A stretch of DNA of 64,000 nucleotides from Chiloscyllium plagiosum (taxonomy: Eukaryota). The notes under the pieces are model-generated. The model saw only the letters and a program-made list of their open reading frames with translations, did no database searches and was not told the DNA's origin. A program made the translations under genes and the position numbers. Location of the stretch: assembly GCF_004010195.1 (NCBI RefSeq), contig NC_057717.1, forward strand, positions 103,548,631 to 103,612,630. The letters run 5' to 3'. This document shows, in pieces, positions 1 through 11,585 of the stretch (the stretch's first letter is position 1; each line of letters begins with the position of its first letter).

Positions 1-170
1 GGGCGGGGCATTGCGGACAATGGGCCCGAGGGGCGGGGCGATGCGGACAGAGAGCGCGGGGGCGGGGCGATGCGGACAATGGGCGCGGGACGATGCGGAC
101 AATGGACGCGGGGGGGCGGGGCATTGCGGACAATGTGCCCGAGGGGCGGGGCGATGCGATGCGGACAGGA
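1..170. repeat. GC-rich degenerate tandem repeat (GGGCGGGGCGATGCGGACAATGG-like) in PIN1 intron 1
   Basis: About six recurrences of TGCGGACA(A) with GGGCGGGGC runs; truncated by the window start. Confidence 0.85.
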
Positions 171-550
171 GGCGTGGTTCCTCGCGGAGAGGAGTGTGTC
201 ATGGAGCCCGGGGGCGGCTCAGATGGTGGAGGCCATTCTGCCCTTCGGTTTCGCCCCGCTCCCAGGGCGCCAAATGGGGGAAATTCGATCTTTTGAACAC
301 ATCCCTCTCCCCAAAACCATTCCTCCAGCCTGCCACATACAAAAACATATATAGGTGTAGATATATGTTTAAAACCCGCGAACACCCTCCAGGATGCGGA
401 GAGGCCCGGGCGGGAGGTTGGTCTCGAGCTAGGCCCCACTATCACTCAGTCACTAACAATGGATCCCCTTGTTTAAACATGTGAGAGAGGACAATGTTAT
501 TTCGGACGGCTGCCATGATTCGTATTTAATGCTGCCATTTCCACAGCTAC

Positions 551-608
551 CTGACTTGCGGCTCATCCGCTTCTCCCAGCCGGGCGGTAGCGGCTCCTCC
601 TCGGCCAT
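551..608 (-). CDS. PIN1: Peptidyl-prolyl isomerase PIN1, coding exon 1 (start of WW domain); the gene continues beyond the window start
   Basis: Reverse strand reads [19 protein letters not shown](G), matching the vertebrate PIN1 N-terminus [27 protein letters not shown] Kozak context; 58-nt exon followed by a G|GTAGCT donor; lies in a CpG island. Confidence 0.95.
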
Positions 609-1065
609 GGTCCCTGCTTCGACTGAGACGGGAGGCCCTCACCGGGACAACCGAACATGATTGTGGAGAGGATGTCCCGCCCTTCCATGCAAGTCCCGGA
701 CGCCATTGGGAGGCATGGACGTCACTCGGTTTCAAGCCGAGCTGAGGTCGGTCTGCCATTGGTTCATAGCGACGTCGGTCACTCTCGGGTTCCACCCCTT
801 TCATTGTTTCCTAACCTCTATTGGTTCATTCCGCCGTCAACCGGGGCGCTTCATGTCGGCGCGCGTTATCAGCCGCTTACAGGTATGTCAATCAAGGTGA
901 CACCCCGCCTCCTGCGTGCCACGCAACCGAACTTGCCGCCCGCCTCTGGTTCCGCCCTCTCGGACGTTCTGAGAACCCATTGCGCAAAATACATGTCCGT
1001 CAGAATCCCAGTACGCCGATTGGTCCGTGTAGGAGGGCAGGGAATGGAGGAGAGGACCGCCTAAT
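609..1065 (-). promoter_or_regulatory. PIN1: PIN1 5'UTR and CpG-island promoter
   Basis: CpG-dense; CCAAT boxes (ATTGG on + near 705, 758, 820, 1019); TGTCAATCA TALE-type site at 886; CCGGAA ETS-like core near 926. Confidence 0.7.
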
Positions 1066-1289
1066 CCGACACAAGTATTTGCAGAATTATATTTGCAAGA
1101 TGCATTCTATTTTGCTCTAAAATCCACAATCTGAAGGCAGTGAAAACATATAATATTTTGGAAATTCCACTTTGGAAATAAAACCAATCTGACTCAAGAT
1201 TGTTATACAGATTCTGACCTCACATCTTTAATGCATTGTCTGAGCTGAGATGTCACCTTTTGTTAAAAAACCTTAAGTTATCTCGATTT

Positions 1290-2155
1290 GGAGACAACAC
1301 CAGGTTATAGTCCAACAGGTTTATTTGGAAGCAATAGCTTTCAGAGCTCTGCTCCTTCATCAGGTGGTTGTGGAGTCCAAGATCGGAGGACACAGAATTT
1401 ATAGCAAAAGTTTACAGTGTGATGTAACTGAAATTATATATTGAAAAAGACTTGGATTGTTTGTTAAGTCGCTCATCTTTTAGAATGGGCATGTTGGTTT
1501 CAGTTCTTTCATTTGTAAATCCCAGAACTGAAAGTTACATTCTCGAGTGAACTTTAACAATAGGTGCCATGTTGGCTCAGATAATGTACTGAAGGTGTGA
1601 GGTGCCTTGTGTGAGGCTGCGTGTGTAGCCTGATTCTAATCTAAAAAAGGGATTTACAGAATCTTACACACACATACAGGCACAAACACACACACAGACT
1701 GCTGCAGACCCATACACTCTCACAGACCTCTCTCATATGCTCAGATATACACCCTGTCATACATGTATACCCCTTTACGCTCACACTCACACACATACAA
1801 ATACACACACTCATACCTACCCCCTTCCCCAGCGCGCGCGCACACACACACATATAAGTTTGTGGGGTGAATTTGTATTTGCAGGATTACATTTTATTTT
1901 GCTCAAAAACTGCATGAATCCATGTAAGATTCTGTAAATGCCCATTCTAAAAGATGAAGACTTAACAAACAATCCAGTTCTTCTTCAATATATAATCTCA
2001 GTTACACTGAAAGTTTTCATCACAGTGAAAAGTTTTGCAATACATTCTGTGTCCTATGATCTTATATTCCACAACCACCTGATGAAGGAGCAGTGCTCTG
2101 AAAGTTAGTGTTTCCAAATAAACCTGTGGACTACAACCTGGTGTTGTGTGATTTG
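1290..2155. mobile_element. Non-autonomous Penelope-like element with long inverted terminal arms carrying hammerhead-like cores (family A)
   Basis: ACAACACCAGGTTATAGTCCAACAGG...CTCCTTCATCAGGTGGTTGTGG at the left is mirrored at 2069-2155; the inversion extends internally; central CA-rich tract 1660-1855. Confidence 0.75.
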
Positions 2156-2239
2156 AGAAGGTGACAGAAAAGAAATTCTAGGATTTACATATTAATAAAC
2201 TGAAACCTGCAACCCATTCTAGAAGAAGAAAGACTTAAC

Positions 2240-2950
2240 TTTACTACACCTCCTCCCACCCTGCCTCTTGTAAAAATGCTGTTTCTTATTCCCAATTCCT
2301 CCGCCTCCGCCGCAAAAGCTCCCAGGAGGACCAAATGCACAATAGAACATTTCAGGCCCCCTTCTTCAAAGACTACAATTTCCCCTCCCATGTGGTCAAC
2401 GATGCCCTCCAGCGTATCTCCTCCACTTCCTGTACCTCCTCCCTTGATCCCATCCCTCCAATCGCAATAGGGATAGAACGCCCCCCGGTCCTCACCTTCC
2501 AACCCACCAATCTCCGGATACATCACATCATCCTCCACCATTTCTGCCACCTACAAATAGACCCCACCACCAGGGATACATTTCCCTCCCCACCACTATC
2601 TGCATCCTGGAGAGACATTCCCCCATGACTCCTTTGTTAGGTCCAAACACCCGACCAACCCACCCTCCACTCCCGGCACCTTCCCTAGCCACCGCGAGAA
2701 GTGCAAAACCTGCACACGCACCTCCCCCCTCAACTCTGTCCAAGGTCCCACATCCAAAAGAGATTTATCCGTACTTCCATACAAATCATCTAATATATCC
2801 GTTGCTGTTGATGTGGTCTCCTCTACATTGAGGAGACAGGACTCCAACATTTCAGAGAACATCTCTAGGACACACGAACAACCCCAACACTCTGTGACCG
2901 AACACTTCAACTCCCCCTCACACTCCGCCCAGCACATGCAATTCCTGGGC
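2240..2950 (+). mobile_element. Decayed Penelope-like retroelement ORF 3' part (RT C-terminus / GIY-YIG region)
   Basis: Frameshifted ...CGLLYI(E)ET...FREHL...SVTEHFNSPSHSAQHMQFLG, similar to the clearer copy at 42860-43170. Confidence 0.8.
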
Positions 2951-3109
2951 TTCTATAAACTAGTGAGGATGCTGCCTGACCTGCTGCGCTTTTCCAGCAA
3001 CACATTTTCAGTTCTATAAACTAGTGTTGTGTGATTTTAAACTTTGACACAAGAAAAAATTGACATTAACTTTCTCTGTTCCACCGATTTGCCACCTTCC
3101 CAAACCACA

Positions 3110-3285
3110 CCAGTTGAAAAAGCACAGCAGGTCAGGCAGCATCTGAGGAGCAGGAAAACAGATGTTTCGGGCAAAAGTGAAAGGTCTTCAGGTCCTGATG
3201 GAGGCCTTTTGCCCGAAACGTCGATTTTCCTGCTCCTCAAATGCTACCTGACCTGCTGTGCTTTTCCAGCACCACTCTAATCTTG
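3110..3285. mobile_element. Short palindromic Penelope-derived insertion (family B)
   Basis: GAAAAAGCACAGCAGGTCAGGCAGCAT mirrored by ATGCTACCTGACCTGCTGTGCTTTTCC; degenerate CTGATGG...GCCCGAAACGTCG core. Confidence 0.75.
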
Positions 3286-3959
3286 AGCTTTATTTGGAAG
3301 CACTAGATTTCGAAGCACTGCTTCTTCATCAGGTGGTTGTGAAGCAGGATCATAAGACAGAATTTACAGCAAAGACTTACAGTGATACAATGATGCATAG
3401 AACAAATCTAGATTGTTTAGTCTTTCATCTTTTAGAATTGATTTGCTGGTTTCGGTTCTTTAATATGTAAATCCCAGAACTTCTTTTAAGTCACATTCTC
3501 AAGATAATTTAAAGGTGCCGGTGTTGGACTGGGGTGGACAAAGTTAAAATTCACACAACACCAGGTTATATTCCAACAGATTTATTTGTTTATTTCTGCT
3601 CCTTCATCAGATGGTTGTGGAGCAGAGTCGTAAGACACGGAATTTATAGCAACAGGAGTGCAATGTCATGGAATGTAATATTAAATAAATTTAGCTTAGT
3701 CTTTCATCTTTTAGGATGATCATGTTAGTTTTGGTTCCTTCATATGTAAACCCCAGAACTTTTTTAAAGTCACATTCTCAAGATAGCTTTTAACAATAGG
3801 TGTCATCTCAGCTCAGATAATGCATTGAAGGTGTGAAGTTAGAGTCTGTCTGTGTCCCAATGTTAGGTCAGACTGATTCTGTTTCTAAAGTGGGAGTTAC
3901 AGAATATTGCATGGATTTGCAGTTTTTCAGCTAAAATAAAATTGGAGCCCAGAGCGAGT

Positions 3960-4720
3960 CTGCGCTGTCTATCAGGGCCAATACAGGCTGTTGATTGGTG
4001 AAGAGGGCGGGACGACTGCTGTCCATCAGAACAAGACCGTCTGTTGATTGGTGTGTAATGCGAGACGAGCGCTGTCCATCAGCGCGGCCTCGAATGTCGA
4101 TTGGTGGAGAGGGCGCGACCACCACCGTTCGTCAGAACTAGGCTGTTGATTGGTGGGGAGGGTGGGACCACCGGTGTCCAACAGAACAACACCGTATGTT
4201 GATTGGTGAATAGGGCGGGACGAGCGCTGTCCATCAGAGCGGCCTCGAATGCCGATTGGTGGAGAGAGTGGGTCGGACAGGTTCCATCTGGGAGACCGTT
4301 CTGACAAAGTCGACTTGTCCAACCTCCTGACGCTGCCTGGCTTGCTATGTTCTTCCAGGCTCCTGCCTGTCCATCAGGGCGTCCGACGCTGTCGCTTGGC
4401 GGACAGGGCGGGACGACCCCCTGTCCATCAGGGCGATCCAGGCTGTCCATTGGCGAAGAACGCGGGACGACCGCTGTCCATCAGGGCATCTGAGGCTGTC
4501 GATTGGCGCAACTACCGCGGTTCTCAGACCCAGGCCGTCGATTGGTGGAGAGCGCGTGACAACCGCTGTCCATCAGGGCGTCGTCGAAAGCCGATTGGTG
4601 GGGAGGGCGGGACCGCCAGCTTCCATCCGGGAGACGGGGTCGCTGATTGGTGCAGTTGGCCGTCCGTCAGCCCCCACCCCAAGGCGGGGCGTGGCAGTTG
4701 TTAAGGGGCGGAGCTGCGGC
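3960..4720 (+). promoter_or_regulatory. UBL5: UBL5 CpG-island promoter built from about 13 degenerate ~53-bp modules (CTGTCCATCA, inverted CCAAT, GC box)
   Basis: GATTGG at 3993, 4046, 4099, 4148, 4201, 4254, 4501, 4540, 4593, 4645; CTGTCCATCA at 4019, 4072, 4227, 4367, 4421, 4474, 4566; several GGGCGG boxes; ends just before a GTAAGT donor at 4777. Confidence 0.8.
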
Positions 4721-4776
4721 CTAGTCGCCGTTGCTGAGTGAGAGCGATCCTGTGTCGTCGTGACGGGGGTAAGGCG
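4720..4776 (+). other. UBL5: UBL5 non-coding exon 1 (start approximate)
   Basis: Consensus donor CG|GTAAGT at 4777 at the edge of the CpG island; matching acceptor tttcctaag| at 8864, 11 nt before the ATG. Confidence 0.65.
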
Positions 4777-5109
4777 GTAAGTATCGATCTTCGTTGTGGT
4801 AAACACATCCCCCTCTCATCGTTGGTGTGACTATTCGTGTTTGTGAATAAACAGAGATTGAGTAACCCTCCCCCCTTCTGGAACCTTCTCCGCCCGTCGT
4901 TATTAACTCTTAAGTGTTTGTCTACTTTGGGGGCAGGCTGCTGTCGGTTGTAGGCCCTCGCTCCCCTTCCCCCCGTTGGGTTGGCGCTGAGTCAGTTGTA
5001 ATTGATCGATAATTTGCCGCTCAATAGTGAAGGGCTACTTTGTGGCCTGGTGGTAGTGTCCCTGTCTCTGGGCCAGGAGACCTGGGCTCCAAGTTGCAGC
5101 TTGCTCCTG

Positions 5110-5560
5110 GAGTATTGAGATGTACAGCACAGAAACAGGCCCTTCAGCCCAACTTGTCCGTGCCGACCAGATGTCCTAAATTAATATAGTCCCATTTGGC
5201 CCATATTCCTATTCATATACCCATCCAGATGCCTCTTAAATGTTGCAATTGTACCAGCCTCCACCACTTCCTCTGGCAGCTCATTCCATACACGTCCCAC
5301 CCTCTGTGTGAAAAGGTTGCCCCTTAGGTCTCTTATATCTTTCCCCTCTCACCCTAAGCCTATGCCCCCTAGTTCTGGACTCCCCGACCCCACCTTGTGT
5401 GTCTATCCTATCCATGTCCCTCATGATTTTATAAATCTCTGTAAGGTCACCCCTCAGCCTCCGACGCTACAGGGAAAACAGCCCCCAGCCTGTTCAGCCT
5501 CTCCCTGCAGCGACATCCTTGTCAATCTTTTCTGCACCCTCTCAAGTTTAACAACATCCT
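5110..5560 (-). mobile_element. CR1-type LINE 3' fragment
   Basis: Reverse complement of the recurrent ...WNELPEEVVEAG...FKRHLD... CR1 ORF2 C-terminus and 3'UTR. Confidence 0.8.
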
Positions 5561-5869
5561 ATAGCACAGAAGCATTGTCTGAACTGGTTCATTGGAAAAT
5601 ATCCCATCTTTTTTGAGAGTTTTGTGAAAAGATGTCTGAGCAGGTTGATTAAAATTATATCCAGTGCTCAAATACAAATGATGATGAATTTATGGTGGTA
5701 GTGTCCCTATCTCTGGGCTAGAATGTCTGTGTTCAAGCCCCACCTGTACATATCATCATTAAAAACTAGAGGGTCTCTGCAAGATTTGGGCAGTATCTGT
5801 GGGGAGAGAGAGAAACAGAAGTAATGTTTCCAGCCCTGTGAGATTCATCTTCAGGATACAAAGTCTTAT

Positions 5870-7370
5870 AAAGTCATAGAGCATGGAAGCAGACTGTTCA
5901 GTCCAACCAGTCCATGCCAGTCATAAGTCCAAACTAAACTAGCCCCATCTTCCTGTGCTTGGCCCACAAGCCTCCAAACATTCGTATCTAAATGTTTTTT
6001 AAATGTTTAACTGTACCTTTATTCTGCACTTCTGAAAGTTCATTATACTTATGAACCACTGTGTAAAACGGTTGCCCCTTGTCATCTATAAATCTTTCTC
6101 CTCTCAGCTTAAAGACTGGCCCCTAGTCTTGAAATCCCCATCCCAGCAAAAAGATCCTAGTCACTCACCTTTTCTATGCCCGCATAATTTTGTAAAGCTC
6201 TGCAAGGTCACCGCTCAATCCCCCTCTCCTATTCATATACTGTCCAAATGCCTTTTAAATAGTGTAACTGCACCTGTATCTACCACTTCCTTTGGCAGTT
6301 CATTCCACACACAAGCCACCCTCTGTGTGGAAAAAGTTGCCCCTCATGTCCCTTTTGAATCTTTCTCCTCGCACCCTAAAAATGTGCCCCCTAGTTTTGA
6401 ACTCCTTTACCCAAGGCCAAAAACCTTTGTTATTCACCTTACCTATGCCCTTCATGATTTTATCAGTCTCTATAAAGTCATTTGTCAACCACCTAAACTT
6501 TAGTAAAAAAGTCCCAACCTATCCAGCCTCTCGATGTAACTCAAACCCTCTGTTCCTGACAACATCCTGGTAAATCTTTTCTGAACCCTCTCTAGTTTAA
6601 TAATATCTTCCTACAGCAGAATGACCAGAACTGGACACAATACTCCAGAAGAGGCCTCCCCAACATCCTGTAGAACCTCAACATGACATCACAACTCCTA
6701 GACTCCAAGGTCTGAGCAATGAAGACAAGCATGCTTAACACCTTCTGAACCCACCCTATCTACATGCGATGCAAACTACAAAGAATTAGGTACTTCAGCC
6801 CTCTAGGTCTCTGTTCTACTGCTTTATTCAAGGCCCTACTTTTAATTGTTTAAGTTCTCCCCCTTGTTTGTTTTACCAAAATGCAAAACTTTGCATTTAT
6901 CTAAAGTAAACTCCATCTGCCACTCCTCTGCCTTTTGACCCAGTTGATCAAGATCTGTTTGTAATCTTGGATATCCTTCTTCACTGTCTACTATACCACC
7001 AATTTTGGTGTCATCCACAAACTTACTAAACATGGCTGCTATATTCACAACTAAATCATCTATATAAATGACAAACAAAAGAGACCCTGTTGAACACCAC
7101 TGGTAACAGATTGCCAGTGTGGAAAAACCATTCCCCTCCGCCACACTGTCTTCTGCCATCTACTCAATTTTGTATCCAATTGGCAAGTTTGCCCTGAATC
7201 CAATTTGATTTAACCTTTTTTCTAATTAGTTGACCATGAAACTTTGTCAAAGTAAATAACATCCACCACTCTGCCCTCCTCGATCTTCTTGGTTACTTCC
7301 TCAAAACACTCAATCAAGTTTGTGAAAATAATTTCCCTCCCACAAAGCCATGCTGGCTATCCCTAACAGT
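5870..7370 (-). mobile_element. CR1-type LINE RT and 3' fragments
   Basis: ORF track shows LLFVIYIDDL..FSKFVDDTKIGGIVDSEEG..LQTDLDQLG..WQMEF..KCKVLHFG (CR1 RT domain). Confidence 0.9.
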
Positions 7371-8875
7371 GTCAGGGACCCAGGTGACTGTATGTGTTGA
7401 GTTTGAACATTTTCCACGTGCCCATGTGGGTTCCCTCCTGCAGTCCAATGATGAGCAGGTTAGGTGGATTGACCATGCTCAATTGCCCATAGTGTCTAGG
7501 GATGTGTAGGTTAGGTGGATTAGCCATGGGAAATGTAGGCTTATGGGGATAGAGTATGGAGGTGAGTCTGTGGGGGATGGTATTGGGAGAATCGGTGTGA
7601 ACTTGCTGGGCTGAGTGGTCTGTTTCCATTCTAGGGATTCTATGATTCAGTGAAGGCAAGCATGTTAAATGTCGTCTTTACCATCCTGTCTACGTGTGAT
7701 GCCAATTTCAAAAAATTATCTGGCGGAACCTGTAGATCTGTCTTCTATAACATTACCCAGAGCCCTACCATTAATTGTGTAGGGCAAGCCCTTGTTTGTT
7801 TTACCAAAATACAATACCTTGTGTTTATCCACGGTAGCTCAGTGGTTAGCACTACTGCCTCAGTGCCAGGAATTCTGGTTTGATTCCAGCTCTGTGTATC
7901 GTTTCCATGTTCTCGCAGTGTCTGCTTGGGTTTCCTCCCACAGTCCTAAGATGTGCAGGTTAGATGGATTGACTGTTTTAAAATGCCCATCGTATTGAAG
8001 GAAGTGCAGGGTTACAGGGATGGGTTTAGGTAGGATGCTCTTCAGAGGGTTGGACTTGATGGCCTGCTTTCACACAGTAGAGACTCCACTCTATCTGCTG
8101 CCACTCAGCCCATTTAAAAAGGCTGTAAATGAAGGTGTGGAAAGGAGAAATAGTAGGTAATGCTCTAAAGAGCAAAGTCAACAAGACAAACATACTCCAA
8201 CTGTAAGGAAAGGAGTTTGGATAAGAGTTTGGATAAGAGAAGAGGGAAGGTGAGAGTGTTGAGGGAAGGAGGAGGGATGGAGAAAGTGAATGAGGAGGCC
8301 AGGAGGGGGCAATGTGTAGGAGGTGGAGTGGGCTAAGGGAAGAAAGAAGGGGATGAGGGAGTAGGAGGGGGAAGGTATGAGGGTGAAAGGAGGTGCACTC
8401 TGGGGTTCATGACAGTGGCTGAAATTAGTGGTTCTCAATTATTTGTTTAAATTTGTTTGTTTTGAGACTTTACTGAGTAAAGCAAATTATAGCATATAGA
8501 AAAATGATTATTCATTCCTGTATTCCAAATTGGACTTTACTTCAAAATGTGGATGTCCTTCAATTCTGAGAGCATTCTTGAATGATCCTGAAACAGGAGA
8601 TGACCGTTTGGGCTATTGTATATATGCTGGTTCTTTTTAAGTACAATTTACTTTCCCTCCAAATTTACCCAATTCTCTTTCAAATGTCATTTTGAATCTG
8701 CTTCATCCAAGGTTTCAGGCAGCATACACGGTCACATTTTTGTTTTCTTAACCACTTTTTAAAATGTATATGTTTTATAGTAATTCTGTGGAATACAGGT
8801 TAGAGCAAGCTTGACTATTGAGTTTTCTTTTAAATGCATCTTTTGTTTTTCTTTCTTTCCTAAGAATACCTCAAA

Positions 8876-8931
8876 ATGATTGAGATAGTTTGCAATGATC
8901 GTTTAGGGAAAAAAGTTCGAGTGAAGTGCAA
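8876..8931 (+). CDS. UBL5: Ubiquitin-like protein 5 (Hub1), coding exon 1
   Basis: [18 protein letters not shown](N); followed by the U12 donor GTATCCTTT. Confidence 0.97.
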
Positions 8932-10660
8932 GTATCCTTTTAAAATTGGTAATAAAAATTTATGCTGACTTTTTTAAAACCGGAATGTTACCTCTTATCA
9001 CTATATTGGTTGTGAACTCATTGAGCACTCTTCTGTTGGTCTTGCTGTTGCTAACACACCGAAGACGGAAAATAATTTGAGGTGGCTGAACAATAGCTTA
9101 TGGCAGTGTCATCTGTATCATTGTCTTCGGGTTGAGATGGCAGTACAGCAGCTCAGTGGTTAGCACTGCTGCCTCACAGCACTAGAGACCGGGTTTGATT
9201 CCACCGCCAGGCAACTGTCTGTGTGGAGTTTGCAAGTTCTCCCCAAGACTCTGTGGGTTTCCTCGGTGTGGTCCACTTTCTCCCCACGATCCAAAGGTGT
9301 GCAGGTTAGGTGGATTGGACATGCTAAATCACCCATGAAATCCAAGGAAGTGCAAGCTAGGTGAATTAGCCATGGGTAATGTGGGGTTAAAGGGATAGGG
9401 TAAGGATGTGGGTTGCTCTTCAGAGGTTTGGTGTGGGTTTGATTGGTTGAATGACCTGCTTCTACACTGTAGGATTCTTTGATTCTGTGTTCGAGCCTTT
9501 TGTAGCATTTTGAGGCTCCACTGTGCAGCCAAACAAAAAGTAGAATGCTTTTGCCTTGTGTTAAGAAAGGCCTAAATTGGAATGTGAATCTGTTTTTGCT
9601 CTTGCTGATTGGAGGATTTGTTAAAAATTACCCAAGATACAGTTATATGATGAGTCTTCAGTAAAAATAGGTAGCCTTGTGTTTATTGTTTTGGAAAACA
9701 AAGTTGTGAATGTTGGAAATCCAAAGTTTCACTGTAGTTTATTTTCCCTTAGGTTTCAGTAACATTTTTAAAGGCAATTAGCAGTGCAACAGTGATTATT
9801 TTGTGTTCTGATTGAATGGGAGTAATGTATTAACATTCACAAACTTGTATGCTTCGTTGTAACCTGTTTGCCACAAGGTGCTGAGTTACTGATCATAGGT
9901 GAGATCTAAAGGGAAGTCTTTCAACAGTCTATGAAGATGGGGCAGAGGAGTTTAAGAGGAATCCCAAGTATAGGTTGAAGGCACTGCTTTTTAATGGTGG
10001 GGCAGAGAATGAAGGGTATGTAGAGTTGTGGCAAGTTGTATCTCTTAAGTTGAAGAGGATACAAGGCTGTGACGATATTTAAATAAGAATTCTGATGTTG
10101 GGGTGTTGGAGAATCTGAATTGAATTTGGTTAACAAGGGTGAATGATTTGAGAAAAATGGTCCACTATATTAAAAGCTGTCCGGGAAGGCAATGCACCAT
10201 ATTAACAGAATTTGGTTAGGGCTGGTCTACTGAGGTAGGAATGGAAATCTGATTTGTAGAGATTTACACTTAGAGTTGTAGGCAAGATTGACACTGTTTG
10301 AGTACTTTGTCTTCTTCCTTAAAGTAGATTTGACTGCAGAATGGGTAATGAGGGTTGCTTTGCAATATTAAAGGCAGCAGGTAAGGTATTGGTATATATG
10401 TTAACTCACATCACAAATTATAACTGAAGAATGTATGTATTAACCATTTTTCTTTAATAAATAGCCCATGTGGCTTATGTAAGCTAAAATAGGAAGGCTT
10501 TGGCAACTACTCTTGTATAGAACTGTATTGACCACCACCCTTTGTTTCTAAGTAAAATAGCAAACACAGGCTACATAAGCTGTAAAAACAGGTGGGAAGG
10601 TCTTGCAAGTTTGTGGTTTTTTTTTTGTTCTGTGTTCTCCTTAACATTTCTCCCTTCTAG
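8932..10660 (+). other. UBL5: U12-type (minor spliceosome) GT-AG intron
   Basis: 5' site GTATCCTTT; branch point TCCTTAAC at 10638-10645 close to the terminal AG. Confidence 0.93.
9135..9490 (+). mobile_element. tRNA-derived SINE
   Basis: GCTCAGTGGTTAGCACTGCTGCCTCACAGC A-box head, GGTTTGATTCC B-box, CR1-like tail. Confidence 0.85.
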
Positions 10661-10744
10661 TCCTGATGATACCATAAAAGATCTGAAGAAACTGATAGCT
10701 GCACAGACAGGAACAAAATGGAACAAGCTCGTCTTAAAAAAATG
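10661..10744 (+). CDS. UBL5: UBL5 coding exon 2
   Basis: (N)[27 protein letters not shown](W); 84 nt, phase-compatible with its neighbours. Confidence 0.97.
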
Positions 10745-11547
10745 GTTTGTTTTCTCATGTGACTGTGAAATACTGATTTCTTGAATTGCATGGCATTTGC
10801 AATACGTGAACATAGATCTATTCTCTGGATTAGCCTCCTCTCATTGCTTCAATTAACCATATTAACATTATTCTGTTGGATGTGCATGTTGATGGTATTT
10901 GTTGCCCATCTGTTTGCTTCTGCCAATTCTGAGGACATCTTGAGTTGACCATATTTCTGCGGGTCTGGAGTCCCATGTAGGACAGACTAGACAAGGACAA
11001 GATGTCCTTCCCTATAGGCCATTGATGAGCGAGATAAATCTTCACGACATTTGGCAGTGGCTTGATTTTCTTTTTAATTCTAGTTTTTTATTGAATTCAG
11101 ATTTTACCCTCCATCGCCTCCCCAGAACATTAGCATGTCCAGTGATGTTAGAATAATACAAATGCCTCCTCATATCCTCCCATTCCTTGCTAGAATGGGA
11201 GCTTTTCTAGAATGCTAACTTTTTTTGAGTCAGTGTTTTTATTAAATGAGGCAAAAGTGAGGACTGCAGATTCTGGAAACCAGTGTTTAGATCAGAGTGG
11301 TGCTGGAAAAGTACAGCAGGTCAGGCAGCATCCGAGGAGCAGGAAAATCGACATTTCGGGCAAAAGCCCTTCATCAGGAATATTTTTATTAAATGTGTCT
11401 TGCTAGAAAAAGCTCGTGCACTGATTTGGAACCATTTGCAGCATTTTATCCCTTGTGTTGAAATTCAGATCGTTGTCTTGTTATGGTCCAAAGAGGCTTC
11501 ATTTCAGTTGTTGCTTCTAATTTTAACTTTTTATTTTTCCATTCCAG

Positions 11548-11585
11548 GTATACAATTTTCAAGAATCATGTTCAGTTACAAGATT
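11548..11585 (+). CDS. UBL5: UBL5 coding exon 3
   Basis: (W)YTIFKNHVQLQD(Y); pyrimidine tract and CAG acceptor; 38 nt. Confidence 0.95.

Noticed and set aside
3931-4806. Overlapping ORFs in the UBL5 CpG island
   Set aside because: Stop-poor GC-rich repeat modules with no protein similarity
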